This document shows positions 1 to 10,297 of a stretch of DNA of 64,000 nt, piece by piece. A program made the position numbers and the translations under genes. The stretch's first letter is position 1, and every line of letters begins with the position of its first letter. The notes under the pieces were generated by a model. It had not been told where the DNA came from. It searched no databases and saw only the letters and a program-made list of their open reading frames with translations. The stretch covers positions 128,514-192,513 of the forward strand of contig CAYWDM010000003.1 of assembly GCA_964457085.1 (NCBI GenBank). The letters are read 5' to 3'. The DNA comes from an uncultured Pseudomonadales bacterium (GTDB lineage: Bacteria; Patescibacteriota; Microgenomatia; UBA1400; PJMF01).

Positions 1-1
1 C

Positions 2-838
2 ACCTCCACCAAATGATCCAAGTGAATATTCTGGGATTGTGATTTCAAAAATCATTCCAGTGTAGTAATCGAGTCCGCGTGCTAGGTTGGAACTGAATTG
101 TAGCCGGTCAGCCGGAACTCCAAGAGCTTGTGCAAGCTTGAGAATGTTTTGGAGATTTTCAGATGGTTTGGCGATCGCAAGGGCACTGAGTGCAGCTCTA
201 GCTGATTTTTCATCAAGTCCTTTGCTAATCAATTCCGAAACAACTTCGTCGACTGTTTGCTTGTCGAGCTTATCAATTGATTGGATAAGTGACATCACAC
301 TCACTTTTTCGGTAGCAAATGGGGTGAGTGTGGAGAATAGAACTTGGCGGTCATTAACTTTTAAAATAACAGTGGTGAAACCAACTTCTTGGAAGCTAGC
401 ATAGGCACAGGCTAAGATTTCTGCGTCTGCGATCGCATCAGTTGAGCCGAGCACGTCAATGTCACACTGGGTAAATTCACGGAATCGACCCTTTTGAGGT
501 TTATCAGCTCGGAAAACATTTTGAATCTGGTAACGTCGAAAGTATTTTGGCAAATCGCTTTGATATTGTGCCAGCACTCTTGCAGTAGGAACTGTTTGAT
601 CGTAGCGTAACCCAACTTGACGGTCGCCTTTATCACTGAAGGTATACACTAATTTGTCTGCCTCAGCTCCGTATTTGCCTAGAAGTAGCGAGGCATATTC
701 AAGTGTTGGGGTTTCGAGTGGCTCGAAACCAAATCGCCGAAAAGTTGATTTAATTTTTTCAGAGAGCAAATCTCGAAGTCGTTTTTCAGCTGGCAGGAAG
801 TCGCGAAAGCCCTTAAGTGTTTGTAAATTAGTTGCCAT
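2..838 (-). CDS. hisS: Histidyl-tRNA synthetase, N-terminal part (runs off the window's left edge)
   Basis: Manual minus-strand translation MATNLQTLKGFRDFLPAEK...GFEPLETPTLEY...LRYDQTVPTAR...NVFRADKPQKGRFREFTQCDID matches class II HisRS motifs. Confidence 0.95.
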   Translation of the reverse strand, partial: MATNLQTLKGFRDFLPAEKRLRDLLSEKIKSTFRRFGFEPLETPTLEYASLLLGKYGAEADKLVYTFSDKGDRQVGLRYDQTVPTARVLAQYQSDLPKYFRRYQIQNVFRADKPQKGRFREFTQCDIDVLGSTDAIADAEILACAYASFQEVGFTTVILKVNDRQVLFSTLTPFATEKVSVMSLIQSIDKLDKQTVDEVVSELISKGLDEKSARAALSALAIAKPSENLQNILKLAQALGVPADRLQFSSNLARGLDYYTGMIFEITIPEYSLGSFGGG

Positions 839-933
839 ATAAGCCTTTATTTTGCAGTTTTGTCTTGACTGTATTATGCCATTAAATGGTATAAAATAGG
901 GAACCGAGTCGGCTCGACTAGCCGGCAAAAAAT

Positions 934-1004
934 GGGCTAATAGTATAACGGTAGTACGCAGCATTCGCATTGCTGATGTCCGGGTTCAATTCCCGGTTGG
1001 TCCA
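934..1004 (+). tRNA. tRNA-Ala(CGC)
   Basis: Cloverleaf: acceptor GGGCTAA/TTGGTCC with G3:U70, anticodon arm CAGCA-TTCGCAT-TGCTG, T-loop TTCAATT; CCA not encoded. Confidence 0.93.
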
Positions 1005-1036
1005 CAAATAAACAATAGTTGTTACAATCATTTTTT

Positions 1037-1657
1037 ATGACTTCAAAAACCCCAGTTCGTTTTATTTATTTTGATGTTGGTGGCGTGCTATTGGCTTTTT
1101 ATCACATTCGTTTTGACATGCCAAAAGAGTGGGGAATTGATCCAAACGAATATGCTGAAGTTTTGACAGCAATTGAACCTGACCGAGCAACTGGCAAGAT
1201 TACTGATGCAGATGCAGAGCGGATACTGACTGCAAAATTTGGTGACAAAATTCCTAAAGGGTATTTGGCAAGTGCTCAATTTGTGGAGCGATTTCGGCCC
1301 ATTAAGCCAATGCATGACATGGTTGTACAGTTGAGTAAAAAATATCGAATTGGTTTACTCACTAATGTCAGCGAGCAGGTCTGGAATCGGGGACATGGAG
1401 ACTTTGCACATATTTACCCAGCGGTAGAGTTTGACCAGATCGTTGCCTCATATCGAGAAAAAGTGGCCAAACCTGACCCAGAAATTTATCGACGGGCAAT
1501 CGAAAGAACTGGCTTGCCAGCCAATCAGATTTGCTTTGTGGATGATTTGCAAGAAAATCTAGATGTTGCAGCACAATTGGGGATGGTGACGGTACTCTCC
1601 GTGCCCGACGATATCGCAATCACTGTCAATCAACTTCAAGAAATGTTTCTTGACTAA
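1037..1657 (+). CDS. HAD-family phosphatase
   Basis: FDVGGVL motif I, LLTN, KPDPEIY, FVDD; start moved to ATG 1037 just after a TG-T-TACAAT -10 box. Confidence 0.9.
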   Translation: MTSKTPVRFIYFDVGGVLLAFYHIRFDMPKEWGIDPNEYAEVLTAIEPDRATGKITDADAERILTAKFGDKIPKGYLASAQFVERFRPIKPMHDMVVQLSKKYRIGLLTNVSEQVWNRGHGDFAHIYPAVEFDQIVASYREKVAKPDPEIYRRAIERTGLPANQICFVDDLQENLDVAAQLGMVTVLSVPDDIAITVNQLQEMFLD

Positions 1658-1685
1658 GTGCTGTAAATTGTGAGCAAAATGCTTA

Positions 1686-2204
1686 CTATAACTCCAGCAC
1701 CCATTCCAGTTCATCATCATATTCACCTTGCCATTTAACACTTTTTGGTCGTCGACCCCAGTTTTTGAAACCAAGTGCCTGGTAAAAAGCTGCACCTTGA
1801 ATATTCTTTGCATTACAACCGACGAAAAGTTGCTCGATTACGGTCTGTGCTCGCAATAATTCAGTCGCATAGGTAATCAGTTGCTGGGCTAGTTTTTGAC
1901 GCCTGAAATCCTTGGCAATATATAAATTATAGAGAAAAGCTAAGTGATGTTGCTTTGGTAAGTATGAGCCGCCGAGTTGGATGTACCCAACTAACTGCTG
2001 GTCAATAAATACACCATGGTAGCCAAAAACAGGGGGATATACGGCAGCTTTAAGTTCATACTCATAAGAAATCAAGCTTTTTTTCTGCTCAGTTGCTACT
2101 GTAGATAAAAAACTTTCAGGATTGACCGTCAAAGCTTCAAGTCTTAGTGTTTGGTAGTGTTTAGCATCAGAAGTATCGAGTTGTCTGAAGGTGATGTTAC
2201 TCAT
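1686..2204 (-). CDS. GNAT family N-acetyltransferase
   Basis: LYIAKDFRRQKLAQQL acetyl-CoA motif A; N...AAFYQALGF motif B. Confidence 0.9.
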   Translation of the reverse strand: MSNITFRQLDTSDAKHYQTLRLEALTVNPESFLSTVATEQKKSLISYEYELKAAVYPPVFGYHGVFIDQQLVGYIQLGGSYLPKQHHLAFLYNLYIAKDFRRQKLAQQLITYATELLRAQTVIEQLFVGCNAKNIQGAAFYQALGFKNWGRRPKSVKWQGEYDDELEWVLEL

Positions 2205-3298
2205 GTTTTTTGTTCTGTGGTAATCAGTAGCCCATTTGCAGTAACTAGTACAGTATTTTCAAAACGATAACCAAACTCTCCAGTGAGATACACACCTGGC
2301 TCGATGGTTATCGTCATTCCAGGCAGTAACGGTTGATAGTTTCGACTTGATACAGATGGTGGCTCATGAATTTCGAGACCCAACCCATGTCCGGTGGTAT
2401 GGATAAATTTTTCGCCAAATCCGGATTGTGAAATACTAGTGCGCACCGCCTGATCAATGTTTGAGGCAGTGAGTGGTTTTGTTTTGAGATCAAGTTCACT
2501 GAGAAGGGTGATTCCTGCTGTATATGCTTTTTGTACCGCAGTTGCTACAGTTTGAAACTGTTCACTGGGTAGATTGCCATGCCACCAAGTGCGAGTGAAG
2601 TCTGAGCAATAAGACTGCAGTTTAGCTCCGAAGTCAAGTAAAATCGTTGTTTCAGCTTCAAGTATTTGATCTGTGGGTTGATGATGGGGTAATGCTGAAT
2701 TGCTGCCAAAGGCAACAATCGTTGGGAAGGCTGGAGTCGCACCTGCTGCTCGCAGTGTTTGGTCGAGCAGGTTAGCTACCTCAATCTCAGTCATACCTGT
2801 TTTAATTTGATTTTTAATATTAGTAAAAGTGGCTGTGGTGATAGTGCTAGCAGCAATAATACATTGCTGCTCGAGTTCATCTTTGATTGAGCGTTGCTCC
2901 CAAATTACTTTTCGATCCAGATCAATACTGAATAATTTGGTGGCGTCTGCGAAGAGCAGACGGTGCTCTTGCACCGAAAGGTCGCTACCATCGATCGCTA
3001 CATTTGTTAGTTCCTGAAGTTTGATCCAGGCTAACACATCTAGTATGCCGTTCATTGGTTGTGCAGCACAGGGAACCGATGTGGGTAATGGTGAAAAACT
3101 AGCATACCAAAGCATTACTCTCTCTGGTGTTACCATTAGAAAAGCCTCGCGTTCTTCGGCCAGCAAAAAGCCAAATCCAGTGTAGTAAAAAATATCTGAG
3201 GGTCTGGAAATCAACCAATTGGGGCAATCTTGTGTCGAGAGCAAAGATTGAAGGGCAGTAAGGCGGTGAGAGCAAACAGTAGCGGCAACTGTTGGCAT
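2201..3298 (-). CDS. Xaa-Pro aminopeptidase (M24 family)
   Basis: LLDFGA..YCSDFTRT, HTTGHGLGLEIHE, TIEPGVY, YRFEN metal-binding motifs. Confidence 0.93.
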   Translation of the reverse strand: MPTVAATVCSHRLTALQSLLSTQDCPNWLISRPSDIFYYTGFGFLLAEEREAFLMVTPERVMLWYASFSPLPTSVPCAAQPMNGILDVLAWIKLQELTNVAIDGSDLSVQEHRLLFADATKLFSIDLDRKVIWEQRSIKDELEQQCIIAASTITTATFTNIKNQIKTGMTEIEVANLLDQTLRAAGATPAFPTIVAFGSNSALPHHQPTDQILEAETTILLDFGAKLQSYCSDFTRTWWHGNLPSEQFQTVATAVQKAYTAGITLLSELDLKTKPLTASNIDQAVRTSISQSGFGEKFIHTTGHGLGLEIHEPPSVSSRNYQPLLPGMTITIEPGVYLTGEFGYRFENTVLVTANGLLITTEQKT

Positions 3299-3301
3299 AT
3301 A

Positions 3302-4117
3302 TTAGTTTTTAGTTGCTTTGCTTGTCGGCTCGATTTTAGTAAATGGTGCTAGTGCTTTTAGCTCTAGTACTCTTGAGTTATCTTCGCCCTGAATGGCGAT
3401 CAACAGAACTTGCACATTGGCTGAAAAATTACTGCTTGTTACTTTTTGATTAGTGGAGTCGAAAAATTGTGTATTCTTATCTAGTATCAAAACACTTTCT
3501 TCACCACTTTTACGCGATTTAAATGTAAGACTTGCTTTCTTAATGTCTACTATAGTGCCCAGTTGAACAATACTAGTTTTAGGGCGAGGTGAGGTTGCAA
3601 GAAACTCGACCGATTCAGCGATGAATGCGTCATCTTTGGTAGCTCCAACAACAACTGTCCAATCACCGACCGAGACTTTGTCAGCAGTGATGGCTTTGCC
3701 TGCTTTAAACATTTCAACACCTTGGTCAACAGGGATAACTTGAGTACCAGATTTGGTGCGAAGTGTGATTGCACCCTCACGAATATTCTTTATTTCACCA
3801 ATAAATCCTCGACGACGACTGCCAATTTCTTGCAGTCTAGCTTTAACCTTTTCTTTGTTTTGCTCAACAACTTTGTCAATCATTTTTTTAAGATTTTGGT
3901 TGACAGTTGCGGTTTTGTTGTTGTCTAGTTCGTCTGGGACTGGTGTTGTCGTAGGTGTAATTTTGGTTGTAGCCGATTTAGTTGGGGTAGGAGTGATCTT
4001 AGGAGTAACGGTTTTTGTCGGCGTAATGGTAACTGCACTTGCCGTTGCTGTGCTCAAAATAAGTATCAGCGAGGCAAATGCCAATGTAAGAATGCGTTTT
4101 GGTTGGTTATTATTCAT
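3302..4117 (-). CDS. Exported hypothetical protein with Pro/Thr linker and two beta-rich repeats
   Basis: Signal peptide, TPT repeats, two G-x-I-x-x-I...TL segments. Confidence 0.7.
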   Translation of the reverse strand: MNNNQPKRILTLAFASLILILSTATASAVTITPTKTVTPKITPTPTKSATTKITPTTTPVPDELDNNKTATVNQNLKKMIDKVVEQNKEKVKARLQEIGSRRRGFIGEIKNIREGAITLRTKSGTQVIPVDQGVEMFKAGKAITADKVSVGDWTVVVGATKDDAFIAESVEFLATSPRPKTSIVQLGTIVDIKKASLTFKSRKSGEESVLILDKNTQFFDSTNQKVTSSNFSANVQVLLIAIQGEDNSRVLELKALAPFTKIEPTSKATKN

Positions 4118-4119
4118 AA

Positions 4120-4674
4120 TTATGGTTTGTTGGTCGGTGTTGGGGTAGGTACTTTAGTTGATTTTTTAGTTGGGGTAGGAGTGATCTTTGAGTTTTTACT
4201 CGGAGTAGGAGTGGCAGTTTCAGCTGAATCTGAAGCTTCAATAGTTTTTTCACTTTCAGGTCTAACAATGACAGTTCGCTCTTCTACAGTAGTATCTCCA
4301 TTCTCGTCTAAGGCAGTAATGATAATAATGTGAGGACCTTCAGATAGTTTGATTGATTTATCAAATTTATTTGTAGTTGTATCAACTTCAAGTATTGATG
4401 GTGTGTCGTCAACGAAGACGACTATGAAATTGCCCGCATTGACGCTACCACTGATCTTGATGTCACCTGACTCTATTACTAATTCATCTTCTGGTGAGGT
4501 GACAACTAGTTTGCTACTCGTAGATTCCTCAGCACTTGAAGTGGCTTGAGCAATCTCGTCTTTTTTGGTGACGTTTTCCTCAGTCGTAGCGATTTTGGCA
4601 CTGTAAAATCCATAGGTAATTACGAGTCCCAATATCAGACCGATTAAAATAGAGATAATGATCTCTTTACGCAT
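4120..4674 (-). CDS. Membrane-anchored hypothetical protein with Ig-like domain and Pro/Thr tail
   Basis: N-terminal TM, beta-rich core (LSEGPHIIIITALDENG), TPTP tail. Confidence 0.7.
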   Translation of the reverse strand: MRKEIIISILIGLILGLVITYGFYSAKIATTEENVTKKDEIAQATSSAEESTSSKLVVTSPEDELVIESGDIKISGSVNAGNFIVVFVDDTPSILEVDTTTNKFDKSIKLSEGPHIIIITALDENGDTTVEERTVIVRPESEKTIEASDSAETATPTPSKNSKITPTPTKKSTKVPTPTPTNKP

Positions 4675-4709
4675 AATGCTATTATAAGGTATAACGCTTC
4701 GGAGGATCT

Positions 4710-5369
4710 ATGATTATAACCTATCACGGCCATTCATGTTTTAAACTCAAAGGAAAGAGGGGCACAGTTGTCACCGATCCATTTGATAGCTATGTAGGCT
4801 TTAGTCTACCAGCCATGAATGCTGACATCATTACCGTATCTCATCAGCATAAAGATCACAATGCAATTGGCAAGGTTAAAGGCACTGATGCACATAGCTC
4901 ACCTTTTATCATTGATGCACCAGGTGAATATGAAGTCGGTGGCATCTCAGTTTTTGGCGATCGTTTTTATCATGACAATAGTAAAGGTGTGGAGAGAGGC
5001 GAAAGTATTGCTTTCACCATTTTGCTGGATGATTTAAAAATCTGTCACTTGGGTGATCTTGGTCATCAACTCAGTGATGATCAGGTCGCACGAATTGGTG
5101 TGGTTGATGTGTTATTTGTACCAGTTGGTGGCACTTTCACTCTCAACCCTGAACAAGCGATGCAGGTGGTTAGAACCATTGACCCAAGTATTGTGATTCC
5201 AATGCACTATCGATTACCAGAACATGATGAAAAAGTCTTTGGCGATCTCAAGACACTCGAGGATTTTGCTAAGGAGTATGGTGCCAATCCAGTTCCTGAA
5301 GCTAAATTACTGGTTGAAAAAGAACGATTGCCAGAAGAAATGCAGTTGTCAATTTTGAGTCGAATTTAA
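4710..5369 (+). CDS. Metallo-beta-lactamase fold hydrolase
   Basis: GHSCF, SHQHKDH, HLGDLG, PMHY. Confidence 0.9.
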   Translation: MIITYHGHSCFKLKGKRGTVVTDPFDSYVGFSLPAMNADIITVSHQHKDHNAIGKVKGTDAHSSPFIIDAPGEYEVGGISVFGDRFYHDNSKGVERGESIAFTILLDDLKICHLGDLGHQLSDDQVARIGVVDVLFVPVGGTFTLNPEQAMQVVRTIDPSIVIPMHYRLPEHDEKVFGDLKTLEDFAKEYGANPVPEAKLLVEKERLPEEMQLSILSRI

Positions 5370-5389
5370 TTAACAGGCCTCAATTTATC

Positions 5390-6706
5390 ATGAGCGAACA
5401 CTACAACCCAAAACTACCTCCGCATGACATGGACGCGGAGCGTAGTGTGTTAGCTGCGGCTCTGATTGATCCTGAAGCCATGATCAAGGCGACTGAATTA
5501 TTGCGGCCAGAGAGTTTTTACGCACGAGCCCATCAAGAGATTTTCGAGGCAATGACTATTCTCTTTGAACAGCGTGAGCCAATAGATGTGGTGACTTTGA
5601 CAAATCAGTTGAAAAAGATGAAGAAACTGTCTGTAGTTGGTGGTGCAAGTGCACTGTCACAGCTCTCGACAATTGTTTCAACCTCAGCAAATGTTGGCCA
5701 CTACGCAGGCTTGGTTCGAGAATATTTTGTCAAAAGACAGCTGATTAGTTTGTCAGCTGAGATGAGTGACATGGCATTTGATGATGGTAAGAATATTAAA
5801 GATGTTTTGGACTTGGCAGAGCAGAAAGTGTTGGGGATTTCTCAGTTACACAACACCAAAGCCTTTATTCCAATTAAAAATACCTTGGTAGAGAGCTTTG
5901 ACCGTCTTGATGAGTTGCAGCGTTCTGGAAGTGATTTACGTGGTGTGCCCACTGGATTTCAAGATGTCGACGCAATGTTGGCAGGATTGCAGAAATCTAA
6001 TTTAATTATTTTGGCTGCACGTCCAGGTATGGGAAAGACTGCATTTGCAATTAACATCGCACAAAATGTGGCGGTGTTGGCAAAGAAGAAAGTTGGCGTA
6101 TTTTCACTAGAAATGAGTAGAGAAGAGTTGGTTGACCGGTTGTTGGTGGCACAGGCAGATATTGATGCTTGGAAACTTAAAACTGGCCGACTCGATCAAC
6201 AAGACTTTTTGAAACTTTCGGATGCGATGGGGGTTTTGGCAGAGGCACAGTTATTTATTGACGATACTCCAGGATTATCTATCTACGACATGCGAACTAA
6301 AGCTCGCCGGTTGATGACAGAGCAACACATTGATTTGCTGATAGTTGACTATTTGCAGTTAGCTCAAGGCAAAACAAAAGACAATCGTGTGCAGGAAGTG
6401 GCAGAGATTTCTCAGGGTTTGAAAAACATTGCTCGTGAGTTGAAGATTCCGGTAATTGCCTTGTCTCAGCTCTCTCGTGCCATTGAACAGCGTGGCGAAA
6501 AATCGCCGCAGCTATCAGATCTTCGTGAGTCAGGTTCTATTGAACAGGATGCTGACGTAGTGATGTTCTTATATCGTAAAGATGATGACATTCGTGAAGC
6601 AGTCTCACTTAAGATTGCTAAACACCGTAATGGGGCACTTGGTGAAGTTGAGCTCTATTTCCGTGGTGATCGCGTACGTTTCTACGGTATGGAAAAGAGA
6701 CTATAA
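5390..6706 (+). CDS. dnaB: Replicative DNA helicase
   Basis: AARPGMGKT Walker A, FSLEM, IVDYLQL, LSQLSR, DLRESGSIEQDAD; no intein-sized insertion. Confidence 0.98.
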   Translation: MSEHYNPKLPPHDMDAERSVLAAALIDPEAMIKATELLRPESFYARAHQEIFEAMTILFEQREPIDVVTLTNQLKKMKKLSVVGGASALSQLSTIVSTSANVGHYAGLVREYFVKRQLISLSAEMSDMAFDDGKNIKDVLDLAEQKVLGISQLHNTKAFIPIKNTLVESFDRLDELQRSGSDLRGVPTGFQDVDAMLAGLQKSNLIILAARPGMGKTAFAINIAQNVAVLAKKKVGVFSLEMSREELVDRLLVAQADIDAWKLKTGRLDQQDFLKLSDAMGVLAEAQLFIDDTPGLSIYDMRTKARRLMTEQHIDLLIVDYLQLAQGKTKDNRVQEVAEISQGLKNIARELKIPVIALSQLSRAIEQRGEKSPQLSDLRESGSIEQDADVVMFLYRKDDDIREAVSLKIAKHRNGALGEVELYFRGDRVRFYGMEKRL

Positions 6707-6744
6707 GGTGGGTGTTTACTAAGCCGTGATATTTTTTTGACAAG

Positions 6745-6981
6745 TTAACTTTTTGGCATGTAGCCAAAAAGTAAGTAAATGAGACCTCCAGTAACTACGG
6801 TGAACATCAGAAAAAAGCCTAAGTTTGCCTTCAATTTAAGTGAAGAGGTCTCGGCATCTGGGTTATCCATGCTGACGATAATCACCACAGAGATCACTAA
6901 CCAGATTATGCCTCGGACCACAACTGACCAAATACTGTCCACAGCAAATGCTTTAATAATAAGCTCACGCAGAATTTCCAT
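6745..6981 (-). CDS. Small two-TM membrane protein
   Basis: Two hydrophobic helices, clean ORF. Confidence 0.65.
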   Translation of the reverse strand: MEILRELIIKAFAVDSIWSVVVRGIIWLVISVVIIVSMDNPDAETSSLKLKANLGFFLMFTVVTGGLIYLLFGYMPKS

Positions 6982-7162
6982 GATGTCTTACTATGCCGAA
7001 ATTTAGTTGAAAACGCAAGCAACCACCCTTGTGTAGCGGTGATGCAACTATGATGTATTGGGTCAAACTATAGTAAGTAAATGACAACAGTATTCTTTTC
7101 ATTGTTGCAGAGTGTTGAGGTGGTATTAGCAATAGTTTTGCGTTAGAATACCAATCGTGTCA

Positions 7163-7248
7163 GCCGCGGTGGCGGAATTGGTAGACGCGTAGGTCTCAAA
7201 AACCTATGAGACTTAAATCTCGTGTGGGTTCGATTCCCACCCGCGGCA
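7163..7248 (+). tRNA. tRNA-Leu(CAA)
   Basis: Acceptor GCCGCGG/CCGCGGC, anticodon arm TAGGT-CTCAAAA-ACCTA, long variable arm, TTCGATT T-loop. Confidence 0.97.
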
Positions 7249-7373
7249 CACTTCGGACTTTTGTCTACCAAAAAACTATTTCAGATTTTTTTCAAGCGAA
7301 TGGCTTCATATCTCATGGAGTTGCTGCCGTTGTCCAGTGACAAGCCCCTGTGTAATGTGTTACCACTAAAGTA

Positions 7374-8876
7374 ATGTCCAATTCATTGGCACAAAAACAG
7401 GTGGTCGTGATCGGAGCTGGTGTCGGAGGTTTGGCAACAGCAGCATTGTTGGCGAAACAAGGGGCGAGAGTCTTGGTATTTGAGAAAAACTCCAGTTTAG
7501 GTGGCAGAGTTAGTGTGACTAAGTCACAAGGCTTTACTTTTGAGATGGGTCCCTCATGGTATTTATTACCAAGCATTCTGGAGGATTTTTTTACTCAATT
7601 TGGCCATAAATCGAGCGATTTCTATCGTCTTGCTCGACTAAAAGAGCGAGCACAGATCTTTTTTGATGACCAAAGTTTTATTGTGCCACAGGCTCAGAAT
7701 GACTTAGAATCATTGTTTGAGAATTGGGAACAAAACGGCGGGGTAAAGTTGAGACAGTTGCTTGGAAAATCTGCAAGAATGCTGCAGATTTTGAAAAAAA
7801 GTATTTTTCAAAGCACATTTGATCAAAGAACTGATTACTTCAAACTTGAAACTGCAAAAGCATTATGGCAATTACAGCTGATTACCAATCAATTTCAGAC
7901 ATGGTCTCAGCTTGTAAACTCGCATTTTAGTTCAGCACAGTCACGCCAACTACTCAATCAGTTATTTTTACCAATTGGAAAGAGCTCCCAGGAAATCCCA
8001 GTGATGTATGGGGCATTATTGGCAGCCCAGTTTCGTGAGTTGCAGCTATATCCAATGGGAGGATTCGGTGAAGTAATTAGGGGTATAGCACAAGTTGGTT
8101 GGGAACAAGGAGTTGCAACCCAGACAGGCGAGGTAGAACAAATCGTGGTTAAGAACGATTGTGTGAGTGGTGTTACTGTCGGCGGAGAATTTGTTCCAGC
8201 TGACGTGGTAGTGGCAAATACAGACTTTGGATATTTACAGTCAGAATTATTGCCAAGTGGCTGGAGAGACGAACGGTTTTCTGATTGGCAATCAAAAAAA
8301 CATACACAAAGTGTAATTCAGATTTGCTTAGGATTGAAAAAGAAATTGCCGCTACTGAAACACCATAATTTTTTCATTACAGATAGTCGACAGACAAATA
8401 TACTCTGGGGAGATATAAATCTGGAAACATCAGCAACCATGTATTGTGTGGTACCAAGTCAATCTGACTGGCAAGTTGCACCAACAGGGGGAGAAAATCT
8501 TCGCATCATCTTGCCAATTTCATCGCAGATTTCCGATACGGCTGCACTGCGCCAAAAAATTGCCACTCAAGTGATTCAACAGTTTGAAAAGAAACTACAG
8601 ACGACCATATCTGATTCAATAGCATATATCCGAGTTGTGGCCAACCAACAATCAACAGTTCAATTCAACTCGACACCAGCATCAATGGGCGGTCTAGCAC
8701 TGACATTTGATCAAATGCTGTGGAAACGACCGTCACAGTCAAGTAAGTTGAGAGGATTATTTACCGTTGGTCACTCACTGCATCCCGGAGCTGGCATTCC
8801 TTTAGTGTTGAGTGGGGCTAGTCAGTGTGCCACAAAGGTAATCGCCGATTTGAATTTGAGAAGCGAGAGAAATTGA
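7374..8876 (+). CDS. Phytoene desaturase (CrtI)-family FAD oxidoreductase
   Basis: GAGVGGL...EKN..LGGR Rossmann fold, FEMGPSWY, YPMGG, C-terminal HPGAGIPLVLSG. Confidence 0.85.
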   Translation: MSNSLAQKQVVVIGAGVGGLATAALLAKQGARVLVFEKNSSLGGRVSVTKSQGFTFEMGPSWYLLPSILEDFFTQFGHKSSDFYRLARLKERAQIFFDDQSFIVPQAQNDLESLFENWEQNGGVKLRQLLGKSARMLQILKKSIFQSTFDQRTDYFKLETAKALWQLQLITNQFQTWSQLVNSHFSSAQSRQLLNQLFLPIGKSSQEIPVMYGALLAAQFRELQLYPMGGFGEVIRGIAQVGWEQGVATQTGEVEQIVVKNDCVSGVTVGGEFVPADVVVANTDFGYLQSELLPSGWRDERFSDWQSKKHTQSVIQICLGLKKKLPLLKHHNFFITDSRQTNILWGDINLETSATMYCVVPSQSDWQVAPTGGENLRIILPISSQISDTAALRQKIATQVIQQFEKKLQTTISDSIAYIRVVANQQSTVQFNSTPASMGGLALTFDQMLWKRPSQSSKLRGLFTVGHSLHPGAGIPLVLSGASQCATKVIADLNLRSERN

Positions 8877-9071
8877 TAGTTATAAGATTTTCTTATCTGG
8901 AGATTTTAAAAAATTACACTTTGCGAAAATATAACAAAAGGTATCATTGCATATAAGAATTATGTTGAGCAAACACTGTCACCTGTAATATAACTGAGTT
9001 TTATTGGTAGAGTAGGCAACTGCAAAAAAACAAAAACAGTTAAGTTGTCTGAAAATGATAAGATAAGCAAT

Positions 9072-9857
9072 ATGTGGCCAACTTTATTTACCATCGGGCA
9101 TTTTAGTTTACAAACGAGTAGCTTGTTCTCAGTAATCGCTTTTGTACTCAGTGGCTTTATTTTTTGGCGTAAGAGTAGAGAAGAACACTATTCTGAGTCA
9201 CAGGCTTTCGATGGATTTTTGTTATCGGTGATTTTTGGTTTTATCATTGGTCGTTTGGGGTACATTGGTTTGCATTGGTCTTCTTTTGGTTGGGATTTCT
9301 TTAGATGGAGTAATTTTGTCGCATTTCCTGGGACTCAGTTTGTGATTGGAATGATCGCTTCTGGTTGGTATCTAGCAAGGTTTGCTGGTCAGAAAAAATG
9401 GGATACATATGAAGTGCTTGATTTTTGGGTGATTGCCAGTGCTTTGGGAGCAGCAATTAGATATTTGGGGAGTTTCTTTGAAGGGAGCATGTACGGTTTA
9501 CCCACAAACATGCCTTGGGGGTTTATTTTTACTCAAACGCAGGAAAAAGTACATCCAACGCAACTATATTTGAGCGTGATGATGTTTGTTTTATTCTATT
9601 ATTTGTCTCAAGTTGAATATCAATATCGGACCTTTGAGTGGTACCGATATGGTAAAAAAACCGCACAAACTGGTTTCTTATTGGCTTCGTTTATTTTATT
9701 TTATTCATTGATGGGAGTGGTGACTTCATTTGTCAGGTTGCCAGAGTTTGTGGTTTCGGGAGTTGCCTTAGATCTCTGGTTATATCTAATTGGTTCAATT
9801 GTTGGCGGTAGTATGCTCTGGGTTCGATCTGGTCGACAATTATTGTGGTGGAAATGA
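9072..9857 (+). CDS. lgt: Prolipoprotein diacylglyceryl transferase (divergent)
   Basis: M-x-PTLF.IG start, GRLGY, G.PT.MPWG, HPTQLY; adjacent to lspA. Confidence 0.8.
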   Translation: MWPTLFTIGHFSLQTSSLFSVIAFVLSGFIFWRKSREEHYSESQAFDGFLLSVIFGFIIGRLGYIGLHWSSFGWDFFRWSNFVAFPGTQFVIGMIASGWYLARFAGQKKWDTYEVLDFWVIASALGAAIRYLGSFFEGSMYGLPTNMPWGFIFTQTQEKVHPTQLYLSVMMFVLFYYLSQVEYQYRTFEWYRYGKKTAQTGFLLASFILFYSLMGVVTSFVRLPEFVVSGVALDLWLYLIGSIVGGSMLWVRSGRQLLWWK

Positions 9858-10258
9858 AGCGTTTTTACTGGCAGATACTTATTTGTTTATTGCTGCTTTT
9901 TGATCAGTTGAGCAAATATTGGGCAATGTCAAATTCTCAGCAGATTCTGAATAGTGGAGTTTCATTTGGACTTGGTGGTGAAACTGGGGTGTTGCCGCTG
10001 GTTGCATCAGGAATACTATTAATTTGTTTAGGTTGGTATTGGGTGCACTCGGGGAGATCAAATGCATTATTGTTGATTATGGCTGGAGGAGTTAGCAATT
10101 TGCTGGATAGAATCTGGTATGGTGCTGTAATTGATTGGATGGGTATACCAGGTACAGAACTGAGGAATAATTGTGCAGATTATATGATTGCGGTCGGGGT
10201 ACTTTGGCTAGTTGCACAAGTAATTATTGATCAAGTTTCAGTTAAAAAAAATTCGTGA
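9854..10258 (+). CDS. lspA: Lipoprotein signal peptidase II
   Basis: DQLSK, NSGVSFG, GG..NLLDR...AVIDW, N.AD catalytic motifs. Confidence 0.88.
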   Translation: MKRFYWQILICLLLLFDQLSKYWAMSNSQQILNSGVSFGLGGETGVLPLVASGILLICLGWYWVHSGRSNALLLIMAGGVSNLLDRIWYGAVIDWMGIPGTELRNNCADYMIAVGVLWLVAQVIIDQVSVKKNS

Positions 10259-10297
10259 TAAGTCAGTACAGTGCTTGGCATTGTACAATACCACCAG

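Noticed and set aside
5390-6706. Inteins in dnaB/gyrA/gyrB
   Set aside because: No large insertion with C...HN termini was seen.
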